Shown: positions 23,023-33,868, counted from the stretch's first letter. The stretch is 64,000 bases of DNA from Candidatus Iainarchaeum sp. (GCA_021158055.1 JAGGVJ010000040.1:1-64000), one strand, 5' to 3'. Program-made: numbers and translations. The notes: generated from the letters alone by a model not told the origin.

Positions 23023-24189
23023 ATGGAATACATTCGCGACAGCGTGCACGACGAAATAGCACTCAACAGGATAGAGTGCGAATGCGTTGATGCCCATGAA
23101 ATGCAGCGGTTGAGGGGGATAAAACAGCTCGGCATGTCTTTTTTGGTCTATCCCAGTGCAAACCATTCAAGGTTTGAGCACAGCCTCGGAACCATGCACA
23201 TAGCAAAAGTCATGGCAAAGTCACTGAAACTTGAAAAGCGTGACGTGCAAAAACTTTCGCTGGCAGGATTGCTTCACGACCTTGGACACGGTCCCTTTTC
23301 ACACGTTTCAGAGATAGTGATAAAACAAAAAACAGGCAAATCTCACGAAAAAATAACAAGAAAACGAATCACTGAATCAAGAATCGGAAAAATACTTGAA
23401 AAATACGATTTTGACGCGGCTGAAATAGCATGTCTTGCAACAGGCAGGGGAGAATTCGGCAAGATAATTTCCGGTGATATTGACGCTGACAGGATGGATT
23501 ACCTGATGAGGGACGCTTACCACACAGGTGTTGTTTACGGGTTGTTTGACATAAAAAGGCTTATCAGGACAATGCGGCTTTTTCGAGGAGACATCGTGCT
23601 TTCAAGAAAAGGAATTGACGCTGCTGAAAGGCTTCTTCTTGCAAGGCACTTCATGCATCTTTCAGTGTACCGGCACCACACAGTGAGAATAATCGGAGAA
23701 ATGATGGTAAGGGCCATTAATTACGGGTTTGAAGAAGACTTGTTTTCACTGGATGAATTCATTTCAATGGACGACGTTGATTTGCTGAGCAGGCTTCGCT
23801 CAAGTTCCGGAAACGCAAAAGAGTTCATTTCAAGGATTGAGTCAAGAAACCTTTTCAAGGAAGCTTCAAGAATCACTGAGCACTCCACAAACAAGCAGCT
23901 TGATAAAAAAAGCCCTGAAAAAATAGCAAAAATCGAGGAAAAAATAGCTGCAGAAGCAGGTCTGGACGCGCTGAACGTTATTCTGGACGTGCAGGGCCCT
24001 GTGAAATCCCCTGAATACAACACCAAAGTAGTAATTGAGCGTTCTCTTTTTCCGCTCGACGAAGTTTCGTTTTTCGCAAAAAATCTGGAAAAAGCAGAAA
24101 ACAGTTTTCGTTACACTGGGGTTTACACTTTGCCTTCCTACAAAAACGAAGTAAAAAAAATAGTGGAAAACATGTTTCCCGCAAACTAA
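23023..24189 (+). CDS. HD-domain dNTP triphosphohydrolase (SAMHD1/Dgt-like)
   Basis: IRDSVH, QRLRGIKQLG, HSRFEHSLG, LLHDLGHGPFSH, DADRMDYLMRD, VYRH. Confidence 0.92.
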   Translation: MEYIRDSVHDEIALNRIECECVDAHEMQRLRGIKQLGMSFLVYPSANHSRFEHSLGTMHIAKVMAKSLKLEKRDVQKLSLAGLLHDLGHGPFSHVSEIVIKQKTGKSHEKITRKRITESRIGKILEKYDFDAAEIACLATGRGEFGKIISGDIDADRMDYLMRDAYHTGVVYGLFDIKRLIRTMRLFRGDIVLSRKGIDAAERLLLARHFMHLSVYRHHTVRIIGEMMVRAINYGFEEDLFSLDEFISMDDVDLLSRLRSSSGNAKEFISRIESRNLFKEASRITEHSTNKQLDKKSPEKIAKIEEKIAAEAGLDALNVILDVQGPVKSPEYNTKVVIERSLFPLDEVSFFAKNLEKAENSFRYTGVYTLPSYKNEVKKIVENMFPAN

Positions 24190-24213
24190 CCGCCCAGCCA
24201 GGACTTATCCTGT

Positions 24214-25302
24214 CTAGCTGATTATCTCATCAAGTTTGTTTGATTTTACGGCCAATCTTATCTCTTCTGCAATCCGTCTGCCTGTTGAAAGATCCGGTTC
24301 TATGAAGTCAGAGTAAGGCGAGCCGCTCGGAAACAAATTCGTGCCGGCAACAATTCTTGCAGATATTTCAAACACTTTGAATTCAAGGTTATCAGTGCAG
24401 ATGGTCTCAAGGCAAAACGGCCCCGTAAGGCCTCCGAAAATATTTACGGACTCTTCCACGACTTTTTCCCCGAGTTCAAACACTTTTGGAAGAAGCGATT
24501 CTCTTGCGATAATCGGCGCGTTTCCGGTGACAACAAAACTTGGCTGAATTGAATTTTTTGAATGGCCCAAACTTCCTTCGCGCAAAATGCGCATCCTGAA
24601 AAGCTCATCTATGTTTGTTTCTATTCTCCTGTCCATTCCCAAAAGCTCAAGGCTTCCTTTTTTCAGTTGATAGCCCGTGCTTTTCACCGGTGAGTAAAAA
24701 AAATGAAGGTAATACCTTGCTCCAAGAATAAACTCCTGTATTGTGCAGTTTTTGTGTTCCTTGATTTTTTGGTAGAATTCTTCAGCGGTTTCGGTCACAA
24801 AAAAACCCTTGCCTCCTTTTGCCCCGTCAAATTTCACGATTACAGGACCGTCAATTTCCTCCGGAGTGTCATATATCCGCGGAATCGGCACTCCCGCTCC
24901 TTCAAGCCATTTTCGCTCTTTTTTGCGGTCTGATTCAAAAGTCAAAGAGTGCTTGTTTCCAAAAGAAGGCACCTTAAACGACAAAAAGTTTTCTGCTCCG
25001 AGGTATTCAACAAAAGAACCGTGCGGCACAACAATTGCGTTTTTTTCCAGAAGCTTTTTGACAACACCTTCTGAAACAATGTCTTTATATGATTCAACAA
25101 TCAAAAACTCATCCGGGCAGGCCGCCGGAAACGCGTCGTAAAACCTGGGTTTTTCGCCGACTGCAATCCCGATTGTGTGAAATCCCTCTTTTTTTGCCCC
25201 GTGAAATATCTGCAGGCTTGAATGGGAACAGACCGTTGCTATGCTGATGTTTTCCAGGTCATAAGAGCTGATTGTTTCCTTCAATCTTGCATCATTATTC
25301 AT
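24214..25302 (-). CDS. purP: PurP, FAICAR synthetase (formate-dependent, ATP-grasp)
   Basis: SHSSLQIFHGAKKEGF, PHGSFVEY, GAKGGKGFF, GPFCLE, FEISARIVAGTN. Confidence 0.92.
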   Translation of the reverse strand: MNNDARLKETISSYDLENISIATVCSHSSLQIFHGAKKEGFHTIGIAVGEKPRFYDAFPAACPDEFLIVESYKDIVSEGVVKKLLEKNAIVVPHGSFVEYLGAENFLSFKVPSFGNKHSLTFESDRKKERKWLEGAGVPIPRIYDTPEEIDGPVIVKFDGAKGGKGFFVTETAEEFYQKIKEHKNCTIQEFILGARYYLHFFYSPVKSTGYQLKKGSLELLGMDRRIETNIDELFRMRILREGSLGHSKNSIQPSFVVTGNAPIIARESLLPKVFELGEKVVEESVNIFGGLTGPFCLETICTDNLEFKVFEISARIVAGTNLFPSGSPYSDFIEPDLSTGRRIAEEIRLAVKSNKLDEIIS

Positions 25303-25403
25303 TTAAACACCTGTGGATTGTTCATTTAGACACCTGACAGCGCACCGGCAAACCGGTAAAACACCGGCTTTGCACAAGCAAACACCGGCTTTCAATCTTT
25401 CAA

Positions 25404-26591
25404 TCATGTTATTATCTTTTCAAGTTCATTCATTTCAAGCGCTCTTCTTATCTCAAGCGCGGTTCTCCTTCCCGTGCTCATGCTGGTTCTCCAGACAGAG
25501 TTTGCGTAAGGGTGGCCCACTGCCATGTGCACGTTTGTCCCGCCCCCGACTCTGGGCGCAACGTCGTAAATGTGATAGTTGAGGTCTTTGTCAACGCAGG
25601 TCTGCAGGCAAAAAGCGCCGATTATTCCCGGCGAGTAATGCTTTTTCGCCGCATCCACGTATTTTTCCCCGAGCTCAAATGCTTTTTCAAGAAGCGACTC
25701 GCGAAGCGTGGCGGAATTGTGACCGCACACAGTGTACTCCGGGGTTTTCTGCGACTCATTTAAGGCAAGCTGCTGGTCTGCCGGAAGCCGGACGTGACCG
25801 TCAAGGCTTGATTCAAACCTCCAGTCCACTCCAAGCAGCTCCAGCCCGCCTTCTGAAAGGGGAGAGTAAAAGAAATCAAGGTTAAAAACAGGCCCTATCA
25901 CATAGCGCTCCATCCTCGCGGATTCAAGGGCCTCGCGGGCAATGACTCCTTGAGATATGAGCGATTCTGATTTTTCAGTGTATTCCTCAAAAGAAGACGC
26001 GGTAAAAAACCCTCTTTCAAGCTTTTTTACTGCGTGAGGCAGCTTTATGATAGACAATTCGTTTATGTCTTTCGGATCAGTGATCTTTTCAGGAAACGGC
26101 AACCCCGCGCGTTCAAGAATCCAGTAGTAGTCCTGTTGTTCGCCGCGTTCCTCGCTTCTGAGCATGTTTCTGCTTCCGACCATGGGAACGGCAAAATCAC
26201 GTTCTATTGCGTCCATGCTGCAATAAGAAGAAAACGACCTGTTCGGGACAAATAAAGTGTTTTTTTCAATGAGCTGTTTTTGGATTCGCGGAGACAGAAT
26301 CTCTGAAAACCTGTCCAAAACCATTACTTCGTCAACAAATCCTTTTTCAACCACTCCCGTGTTTGGATTCCGCCTTGACTTGAAATAAACAGAATAAGTT
26401 TTCTCGCGTCCTTTTTGGCACACTGCAAGGGTCTTGAACCCTTCGTCTATTGCGCCGTCGCAGACGTCGAGCGCGGAGTGAGAACCCACGACACCGATAG
26501 CCAGGTTTTCTGTGTCGTAACTTTCAAGAACTCTCAAAAGATCGTCTTTGTCAACAAATCTGCCCTTAATTGAATCTTCTTCACTTTCCAT
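25404..26591 (-). CDS. PurP-like paralog
   Basis: GSHSALDVCDGAIDEGF, PNRSF, LERGFF, GAFCLQ, YDVAPRVGGGTN. Confidence 0.88.
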   Translation of the reverse strand: MESEEDSIKGRFVDKDDLLRVLESYDTENLAIGVVGSHSALDVCDGAIDEGFKTLAVCQKGREKTYSVYFKSRRNPNTGVVEKGFVDEVMVLDRFSEILSPRIQKQLIEKNTLFVPNRSFSSYCSMDAIERDFAVPMVGSRNMLRSEERGEQQDYYWILERAGLPFPEKITDPKDINELSIIKLPHAVKKLERGFFTASSFEEYTEKSESLISQGVIAREALESARMERYVIGPVFNLDFFYSPLSEGGLELLGVDWRFESSLDGHVRLPADQQLALNESQKTPEYTVCGHNSATLRESLLEKAFELGEKYVDAAKKHYSPGIIGAFCLQTCVDKDLNYHIYDVAPRVGGGTNVHMAVGHPYANSVWRTSMSTGRRTALEIRRALEMNELEKIIT

Positions 26592-26675
26592 AATACACTT
26601 TGTGAACGCAAAAATAAAAAGGTTTCAATTTACTTTCACATAACCGCAATTCAAGAAAATTACAGACAACCAGAA

Positions 26676-29600
26676 TCAGGCAAGTTCCACGTTGTATTTC
26701 CAGCTGCACTTTCCGTTTGCAGGAATGCACGCCTGAATATTGTAAATTCCCGGCGGGACAACAACAAACACCTGACCGCCTGCCCCCGTGAACGGGCCGA
26801 ACTCTTCAGAATCACTCACCCTCACTGCCTCGGCAGTTACCTCGCCTGAGTAAAGAGCCGAGCAATCTGTTACAGTAATCTTGAACCGAGAATAATAGCT
26901 CACATCCCACGAGTCAAGGCTCGGGGTGCTTCCGGAAGTGAAATTTGCCTTCAGTTTAATCGGGACGCTCCCGACCGTTGCTGAAATGTTCTGCCCGTTT
27001 TGAACATTTGAAATCAAAACATTGTCATCTGACGCTTTCAAAACATCAACTGTAAGGATAGAGTTTCCCGGCGTGGTCTTTGAAAAAGTTATTACTCCCC
27101 ACTTGCTGAAATTCACGGGGTCAATCGCAGGCGTGGTGAAACTCCCGCTTGACTGCGTGCCTGAAAGAACCACGCTCTCACCAGACAACTCCGTGTCTGA
27201 ATAAGCTCCGTCAGACAAACTCAAACTTACAGTTGCAAGACCTGAATCATTCACAAACACAACTTCAGTAAACTCACCGCCCCAATAAGTGCCATCGCTT
27301 GCCTTTGCTTTGATCTGCCACAAACCAGGCTCCCCAACAGCAGTGAAAGAATAACTGCCTGAACTTTGAACTGCAGGGTTCAATATCTCATTTCCCAAAC
27401 CATCCAAAACCCTAAAGTCATACTGAACAATCGGGTCGCCGTTCGGATCAATCGCGGTGGCAGCCGCCTCAACTGCGTCCCCAAGTTCAAACAAAGCCAA
27501 GTTAAGCGAAACGTCTGTTATCACAGGCGCCCCAAACTGCTCCTGCGCACCCAAACCGACTGCCGGTTCAGAAGAAGCGTATTTTCGGATAAGGATGTCA
27601 TCCCAGTAATGCTGACCGGTACTCGGATCATAACCTATGCTCATCCTTACCTTGTCTATTGAAGATGCTGCTGATGTGGGGAGGTCATTGCCCTTTACCT
27701 GACCGCTTATTTTAATAAACGGATATCTGTCATTCACGGTATCAAAAGCCAATTCAATTTCATACCATACATTTGCAGACCATAATGTATCAACGGGCAA
27801 ATTTACACGTCCAGTGTCTGCCTGATATTTAAAATGACCGTCCTGATGCATTGTTATGCCTAAATAATTATTGCCTGCATCAGATTCCCCGACAAAAGTT
27901 CTTGAACCCCCTGATGTTCTCCTCATACGAACTTTTAAGATGCCGGTATCAAAATCCACTGCTTTATTAACGCCGCTTTCAGGATAACCATCATGGCTCG
28001 CTGCTCTCAAGCCCCCGTAAACAACACTGCTTTGCACGTCAATATCATTCTGACCAACCCACCCTCCTTGACCGTTCAAATCCCCTGCATTGTAGTTTTC
28101 AAAATCATCAAAAAAATCAAATGTTTCCATGCCGTTGCTCACACCCCCCGCAACCGGATTACCGTAATACATGTAAATATCTGTGGAACCGTTCGCAGGA
28201 ATGCTTGGGACCTTTACCCAAACCTTCGTGTCCGCAGTGTTGCACCCGGACTCAATCCAGTAACTCAGCTCATGTGTCCCGGAAACATCAGTAAACCTCA
28301 AATCACTGCAATCACTGCACATTGCACCTGCAGAAACCAACGACTCGGAATCAAACTCAACCAACACCTGAAAATCAGTCAGATCAGAACCGCTCAACTC
28401 AGCCATGGTAATCGGTTTCCTGTACAGCCAATCAGAACCCCACCAGCCGCTGACAATAACGCTCTCACTGAAAACACTACTTTCGTGACCGTCAACATCA
28501 ACCACTGTCACTTCAACAGCCCATGTTCCCGCGACATCGGGAGTGAAAGAATACTCACTGCCTGCCGGGGTTACGGGACCTGCGAATATACTTCCACCAG
28601 GGCTTTTTACAGTGAAAGAATAACTCTCAATCGTTCCAACTCCTTGCGGGTCATCTGCAGTGGCGGTTGCTGTCACACTTTGACCTATTTCCAAAGAAGC
28701 GGGGTTGAACAAAACACCTGTGACAAAAGGACCGTCTTCCTGTTCTTGATCGCCCAGAATTACTGTCGGTTCCTGAACAATGTTAAGAGCCGAATAATTC
28801 CTGACAAACACATTGGCTCCCTGATGGGCATTCTTATAATCTATATGTGGGCTGCCGGCGTAATACTCACCGTAAACAATCACCCCGACGTGGTTACCTA
28901 CAGAAATCCATGGGTCCTCCGAATTCGCGCTCCTGAAATACCAGCGGTACTGCGTGGGCGACGCTGACTGGGATGATTTTTTCACGTTCTTCAAGGCATT
29001 TGAATAACAGCAGACAATTTCCGACGGGTAAGTTATCAGCCAGTGGGAATAATCCCCTGTTGAAAGCAAAACCTCATCATAAGAAATACCACTGAAATTC
29101 ATGTAAAAATCAGATGACGCAGTAATATCCGGGACATAAGTTCCGGAAGAGTGATTCGGCTGCAAGTTATAATTCCACGAAGCCCAACCCCCTACGTCGT
29201 CGTTCCTGATTACAAAAGTCCAGCCGCCGCCGTCCAACGACATGTCACAATAAACCTGAAAAGGAACACCATCCGGATCAATCCAGTAAACACCATCCAT
29301 TGAAGAACCATTGCTGCGGACTTCCGTGCAGGACTTCCCAGCGGGAGAGACATCTGAACCGAAAACAACGGATTCCAGACTTGCGCTATCTGCAAGGGCA
29401 TTTCCGTAATACATGTAAACAACTGAAGAAGAATCCCCTGATATAACAGGTATCTCAACCCTCACTTTCGTGTCTGGAGTATTGCAGCCGGACTCAATCC
29501 AGTAACTTAATTCCTGAATACCGGACATATCCGCAAATCTTAAGTCGCCGCAATCATCTTTCATAGCTCCTGAAGAAATCAGGGACTGGGAATCGAATTC

Positions 29601-32477
29601 AACTAAAACACCATAATCAGTCAGATCAGAACCTGAATTTTCATTTATTGTGATTGGTTGCCTGTACCTCCAATTAGAGTTCCACCAACCAACCACCTGC
29701 ACCTGCTCAGAATAAACATTGCTTGTGTGTCCATCACCATCTGTTGCAGTAACGCCCACAGACCAATACCCCCCCTCATCAGGAACAAACGAGTAAGTGT
29801 TGCCTGCCTGAGTCACCGGACCCTCAAACACGCTTGAATCAGGCTTTTTCACAATAAAAGTGTAACTTGAAATGTCTTCCGGGCCCTGCGGGTCACTCGC
29901 AGAAACAGCCACAGTCACTGACTGCCTTGACTCTGGAGAAATCGGGTCAAAAGAAACGCCGGTAACACACGGCCTACCGCTCTGCTCCTCGCCGCCAACA
30001 CTTAAAACCGGCTCGGCGGAAGCGCATTTGGCGACAAAGAATTCGTCAGCATATCGCGGCCCGTAATCCCAAGCCGCAAGACCCACCTGACCGGCACCCG
30101 TTATCTTTGAACCAAGATCAACTGTTGTTTTATAATTCCCATTAAGCCACACTTTTGCCGAATTACCTGATACACATGTCTCAACTATATTCCAGTCAGA
30201 TGTGACATCGCCACTTGCAAAATGCCCTAAAACACTGTTACTACTGCCATTCCAGTAAAGCATATCCATTTCACTTCTTGGAGAATCTCTTACAGAAAGC
30301 CAATACAATTCTCCCGTTCCAGATTGCCTCCTGAAAGCCAAAGCTACATAGTCAGAACCCCCTGTTACTTTAAGCTTTGCCCGCAGCCTCAAATCCGCGT
30401 AAGAAGACCCAGTGACATAAGTAGTGGCAGTCATATCCTCATGCGTAGCCGGACCGTTATACACCCCATCTGAAACCGCCCATTTACTATTTATATCAGT
30501 CCACGCATCCTCGTTCTCAAAATCATCAAAAAATTCAAAAACAGCGTCACCATCGCTTGCGCTCTCCGCTTCATCGTTTCCATAGTAAGCATAAATTGTC
30601 TTTGTGTCATCTGCGGGAATTTCAGGAACCTTCACCCAAAAAGTTCCGTCTTTTTCCTGCCAGTAAGGAAAAGACGCAGCCCATTCAGATTCTTCAAAAC
30701 TGGCTGAATCAGTAAACCTGATATCATCATAGTTTGGCTTTGCATTTGCGTCGTAGTGGGCTTTGATTTCATCGGGGGAAAGAGCGCGGTTGTAAATGCG
30801 GACTTCGTCGATGAATCCGTTGAAAGCAGTTCTGATATTATTATCCCCTTCATCATACCACGCGCCAATATACTCTGAATAATTCCCTGCAGGAAATCCA
30901 AATGTTCCACCGCCCACAGCATCTTCGACACCGTCTATATACAATTTTGTGGAAGAAATATCCCAGGCCACTGCAACGTGCGTCCAGACACCATCAGCCA
31001 ACGGCTGTGCAGAATACAAACTTGTAACGGAACCGTAATTATCAGTGATCTTAACTTTGTTTATATCCGCACCACTCTCCTCCACAGCAAGACCAACGCT
31101 GTAGTTCATTGCTCTTTGTTTCATGAAGAGACCCGGATCATAACCCGTTGTCTGAACACCATCACGCTTTACCCACATTGATATAGTCCCCGTGATTGTC
31201 GGCAGAGCCTGATAAGGCACGCTCACTCTGGAAGCCGAAGTACTAGTCGCACCATCAAAATACCCGCAATAGCCATGTTTACCACCTGAATCCCGGGAAA
31301 AATTACCTGCTGCTGTTCCACTATGCTGGTTTCCACTTGCATCTGCAACGCTTGTTCCGGATGTTCCGTCCATATGCCAGCTTGCGACCAAACCGGTCTC
31401 GTCATAAACCGGGTTCTCCACCTTTACCTGATAATCAGTCAAAGCAGAACCACCGGTGTTGTCGATTGTGATTGCTTTCCTGAAAGAATAAGTCCTGTCC
31501 GACTGCTCAGAACTGATGGTAGTTGCCGGCTCGGGGGAGGTATATTTGCGGACATAAATCCAATCCACATATCCAGTGCTGCTTGGTCTCTGATGCAAAA
31601 AAATGTGTCCTGTTGTGTATATAGGCGTTCCCGTCAATTCACCAAGTTGCGTACTATCATCATCTGCATAAGCTTTTACTGTAGCTGACCCAGACGAGGG
31701 AATCCATAACTTCCCACGATACCATGTATCTGAAACTGGGTCAGTTGCTGATTTCGTAGCCCCCCCGCCAACATAAAGAGCGAAATTATCGTCAATTCTT
31801 GTCGAAAGTTTTTCTTTCGATGTTCCTTGTGCTTTTGACCCTTCCGAGCCTAAATATAGTTCGCATGGCTCTGTTCCAACTACCTTAAGTCTTGCTTCGA
31901 TTGCATATCCATTACTGAAGTTTTGCTGAGAATTTAAACAATCTGAAAATGTAAAGCCTCCATCCGAAAGTGCAAGAAGACCACCTGAAACACTATATAA
32001 TCCGTGATTATTGCTTACCCATTTATTTGTCCAATCTAAAGAACTACTAAAATCATCAAAAAACTCAAAAGTACCCGGTCCGCTACTCGCACTCACAGCA
32101 ACCGGATTGCCGTAATACATATGGATATCAGTTGAACTGCTTGCCGGAATGCTTGGAACCTTCACCCACGCTTTTGTATTTGCAGTATTGCACCCGGAGT
32201 CAAGCCAATAACTCAACCCTTGCGCTCCGGAAACGTCACTGAACCTCAAATCACTGCAATCAAGATTCATCTTCCCGGCAGAAACCAAAGATTGAGAATC
32301 AAACTCGACCAAAACCTGAAAATCAGTCAAATCAGAACCTGAAGAATCAGTAACAGTGATTGCTTTCCTGTACTCCCAGTTTGAGTCCCACCAGATTCCC
32401 GCTGAAAAAACAGGGGACAAAAAAAGAACAACAGTTAAAAAAACAAATGATTTAGTCAACGCATTCAAAAGCAACAC
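26676..32477 (-). CDS. 1933-aa secreted modular surface protein: 4x DUF2341, LamG/ConA lectin, fibrinogen-C-like and Ig-like domains
   Basis: Signal peptide; repeated WW..W.YRK.IT...DLTDFQV.VEFD...DLRF...YW..SGCN...WVKVP.IP...YMYYGN; LamG WTHVAV...FNGFIDEVRIYNRALS; fibrinogen-like SC...DGVYWIDPDG...VYCDMSLDGGGWT. Confidence 0.88.
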   Translation of the reverse strand: MLLLNALTKSFVFLTVVLFLSPVFSAGIWWDSNWEYRKAITVTDSSGSDLTDFQVLVEFDSQSLVSAGKMNLDCSDLRFSDVSGAQGLSYWLDSGCNTANTKAWVKVPSIPASSSTDIHMYYGNPVAVSASSGPGTFEFFDDFSSSLDWTNKWVSNNHGLYSVSGGLLALSDGGFTFSDCLNSQQNFSNGYAIEARLKVVGTEPCELYLGSEGSKAQGTSKEKLSTRIDDNFALYVGGGATKSATDPVSDTWYRGKLWIPSSGSATVKAYADDDSTQLGELTGTPIYTTGHIFLHQRPSSTGYVDWIYVRKYTSPEPATTISSEQSDRTYSFRKAITIDNTGGSALTDYQVKVENPVYDETGLVASWHMDGTSGTSVADASGNQHSGTAAGNFSRDSGGKHGYCGYFDGATSTSASRVSVPYQALPTITGTISMWVKRDGVQTTGYDPGLFMKQRAMNYSVGLAVEESGADINKVKITDNYGSVTSLYSAQPLADGVWTHVAVAWDISSTKLYIDGVEDAVGGGTFGFPAGNYSEYIGAWYDEGDNNIRTAFNGFIDEVRIYNRALSPDEIKAHYDANAKPNYDDIRFTDSASFEESEWAASFPYWQEKDGTFWVKVPEIPADDTKTIYAYYGNDEAESASDGDAVFEFFDDFENEDAWTDINSKWAVSDGVYNGPATHEDMTATTYVTGSSYADLRLRAKLKVTGGSDYVALAFRRQSGTGELYWLSVRDSPRSEMDMLYWNGSSNSVLGHFASGDVTSDWNIVETCVSGNSAKVWLNGNYKTTVDLGSKITGAGQVGLAAWDYGPRYADEFFVAKCASAEPVLSVGGEEQSGRPCVTGVSFDPISPESRQSVTVAVSASDPQGPEDISSYTFIVKKPDSSVFEGPVTQAGNTYSFVPDEGGYWSVGVTATDGDGHTSNVYSEQVQVVGWWNSNWRYRQPITINENSGSDLTDYGVLVEFDSQSLISSGAMKDDCGDLRFADMSGIQELSYWIESGCNTPDTKVRVEIPVISGDSSSVVYMYYGNALADSASLESVVFGSDVSPAGKSCTEVRSNGSSMDGVYWIDPDGVPFQVYCDMSLDGGGWTFVIRNDDVGGWASWNYNLQPNHSSGTYVPDITASSDFYMNFSGISYDEVLLSTGDYSHWLITYPSEIVCCYSNALKNVKKSSQSASPTQYRWYFRSANSEDPWISVGNHVGVIVYGEYYAGSPHIDYKNAHQGANVFVRNYSALNIVQEPTVILGDQEQEDGPFVTGVLFNPASLEIGQSVTATATADDPQGVGTIESYSFTVKSPGGSIFAGPVTPAGSEYSFTPDVAGTWAVEVTVVDVDGHESSVFSESVIVSGWWGSDWLYRKPITMAELSGSDLTDFQVLVEFDSESLVSAGAMCSDCSDLRFTDVSGTHELSYWIESGCNTADTKVWVKVPSIPANGSTDIYMYYGNPVAGGVSNGMETFDFFDDFENYNAGDLNGQGGWVGQNDIDVQSSVVYGGLRAASHDGYPESGVNKAVDFDTGILKVRMRRTSGGSRTFVGESDAGNNYLGITMHQDGHFKYQADTGRVNLPVDTLWSANVWYEIELAFDTVNDRYPFIKISGQVKGNDLPTSAASSIDKVRMSIGYDPSTGQHYWDDILIRKYASSEPAVGLGAQEQFGAPVITDVSLNLALFELGDAVEAAATAIDPNGDPIVQYDFRVLDGLGNEILNPAVQSSGSYSFTAVGEPGLWQIKAKASDGTYWGGEFTEVVFVNDSGLATVSLSLSDGAYSDTELSGESVVLSGTQSSGSFTTPAIDPVNFSKWGVITFSKTTPGNSILTVDVLKASDDNVLISNVQNGQNISATVGSVPIKLKANFTSGSTPSLDSWDVSYYSRFKITVTDCSALYSGEVTAEAVRVSDSEEFGPFTGAGGQVFVVVPPGIYNIQACIPANGKCSWKYNVELA

Positions 32478-32601
32478 CTTGCCTGTGGTTTTTCCCCTTC
32501 AACCAAAAAACCCAGTGAATCTGTACAGTAAAACACAAATAAAGTAATTAAAAAGGCATACTAAAAAGTATCGCTGAAAATGGTAAAAATCAGCTGTTGT
32601 C

Positions 32602-32694
32602 TGGAGCCCCCTGCGAGATTTGAACTCGCGGCCTCTACCTGTTTGGTTTGAAAAAATTACCAAGGTAGCGCTCCACCGACTGAGCTAAGGGGGC
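32602..32694 (-). tRNA. tRNA-Thr(GGU) with 17-nt intron at 37/38 (32641-32657)
   Basis: GCCCCCT/AGGGGGC, CCA; arm CTACC-TTGGTA|A-GGTAG; BHB helix TTGG/CCAA. Confidence 0.94.
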
Positions 32695-32838
32695 ATGACC
32701 TGTTAATGCAATTAATACACCAACATAGCAATGCAACACCAAAACATTGCCTGTTGAAATGCAACTATATCCATAGCAACTTGATTGAATTTAATTTTAT
32801 CGTCTTCAACTTTCTTTATTTCTTTATTTCTTTATTCC

Positions 32839-32909
32839 AATTGTTTCTCTCTTTCTATCTCATTACTATAATTGTTTCTCTCTTTCTATCTCATTACTAT
32901 AATTGTTTC
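32839..32909. repeat. 31-bp tandem duplication AATTGTTTCTCTCTTTCTATCTCATTACTAT, ~2.3 copies
   Basis: Identical units at 32839 and 32870, partial at 32901. Confidence 0.85.
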
Positions 32910-33868
32910 AGCCAGTTAAAAATTTTGACCAGGTATTTGACCGCTAAAAGGTAGGTGGTTGCAATAAACCCAAATATCATTGCAAATACTGACACAACAA
33001 TCATCACTGAAAAAGCTATTGCAAGCAGAAAAAAATCGTAAAAAAACCTGAGCGGGGTGTCTTGTTTTATCTTTTCCATGAACTGCGGCGACGACATCGC
33101 TTCAATCATTTTTGACTGGGTAAGCGACGAATACGCAAGCGTTGACTGGATAGTGCATTCTTCAAGAGTTTTTTTCAATTGCGGGTCGTCTATCGAAGAC
33201 ATCTGGCTCTGGAAAGACTTTTGTTTTTCAAGCTCGCTTAAAACATCTTGTCTTGAAACCGGTTCTTTCAGCGAATCTTCAACTGTCAGCTTCAAAAAAT
33301 CCACAAAGTTTTCGTTTGCAACCTGCTTGAGCTCTTCCTGATAAGGCATGAACGCGGCAAGAGACGCAAACACTGAAAGGAACGTGAAAAAAAACAAGCC
33401 GTCCCTGACGGTGTTGGAAGCAAAAGAAAACATTTTGTTGTTTTCGGAATTTCGTGCCGATATCTTTTCAGAGGTTCTTGCGGTTTGAAAAAGGCCGAAT
33501 GCGTTTGCAACGCCCATGAAGAAAAAAAACAGGGAAAACCCAAAATGCGGAAGCATCACAACCACTGCCACAAAATTTCCTAAAATGACTATTTGCGAGA
33601 CCTGTTTTTTAAAAACCCTTGGAAAAATAAAAGCAAGCGAATAAGAAGCAGAAAAAAACAACACAAAAAGAACAAAAGGCAAAGACAAAAGCTTTTCAGA
33701 AACCTGCTCTGCGTGAGAAAACTTGAGCATGTCAGACGCTTCAAGACCGGTTTGTGAAAGCGAAAACATCCATAAAAAAGAAACAAGCAAAGTGACAGAA
33801 AAAATTATTATGTTTGCTTTTGTGCCAGCGCTTATTAACCGGTTTTTGTGTTTTTTTGATTTTTTCAT
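32897..33868 (-). CDS. Multi-pass membrane protein (~6 TM), unknown function
   Basis: Several Phe-rich hydrophobic segments and one soluble helical loop. Confidence 0.75.
   Translation of the reverse strand: MKKSKKHKNRLISAGTKANIIIFSVTLLVSFLWMFSLSQTGLEASDMLKFSHAEQVSEKLLSLPFVLFVLFFSASYSLAFIFPRVFKKQVSQIVILGNFVAVVVMLPHFGFSLFFFFMGVANAFGLFQTARTSEKISARNSENNKMFSFASNTVRDGLFFFTFLSVFASLAAFMPYQEELKQVANENFVDFLKLTVEDSLKEPVSRQDVLSELEKQKSFQSQMSSIDDPQLKKTLEECTIQSTLAYSSLTQSKMIEAMSSPQFMEKIKQDTPLRFFYDFFLLAIAFSVMIVVSVFAMIFGFIATTYLLAVKYLVKIFNWLKQL

Noticed and set aside
28100-32390. Diversity-generating retroelement TR/VR pair
   Set aside because: The repeats are in-frame DUF2341 domain copies, differences are not visibly adenine-specific, and no reverse transcriptase is in the window.
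21094-32630. 29-bp direct repeat (tggagccccctgcgagatttgaactcgcg) flanking 11.5 kb, as attL/attR of an integrated element
   Set aside because: Both copies belong to complete tRNA-Thr isoacceptor genes, no integrase is present, and the interval contains tRNA-Met and purP.
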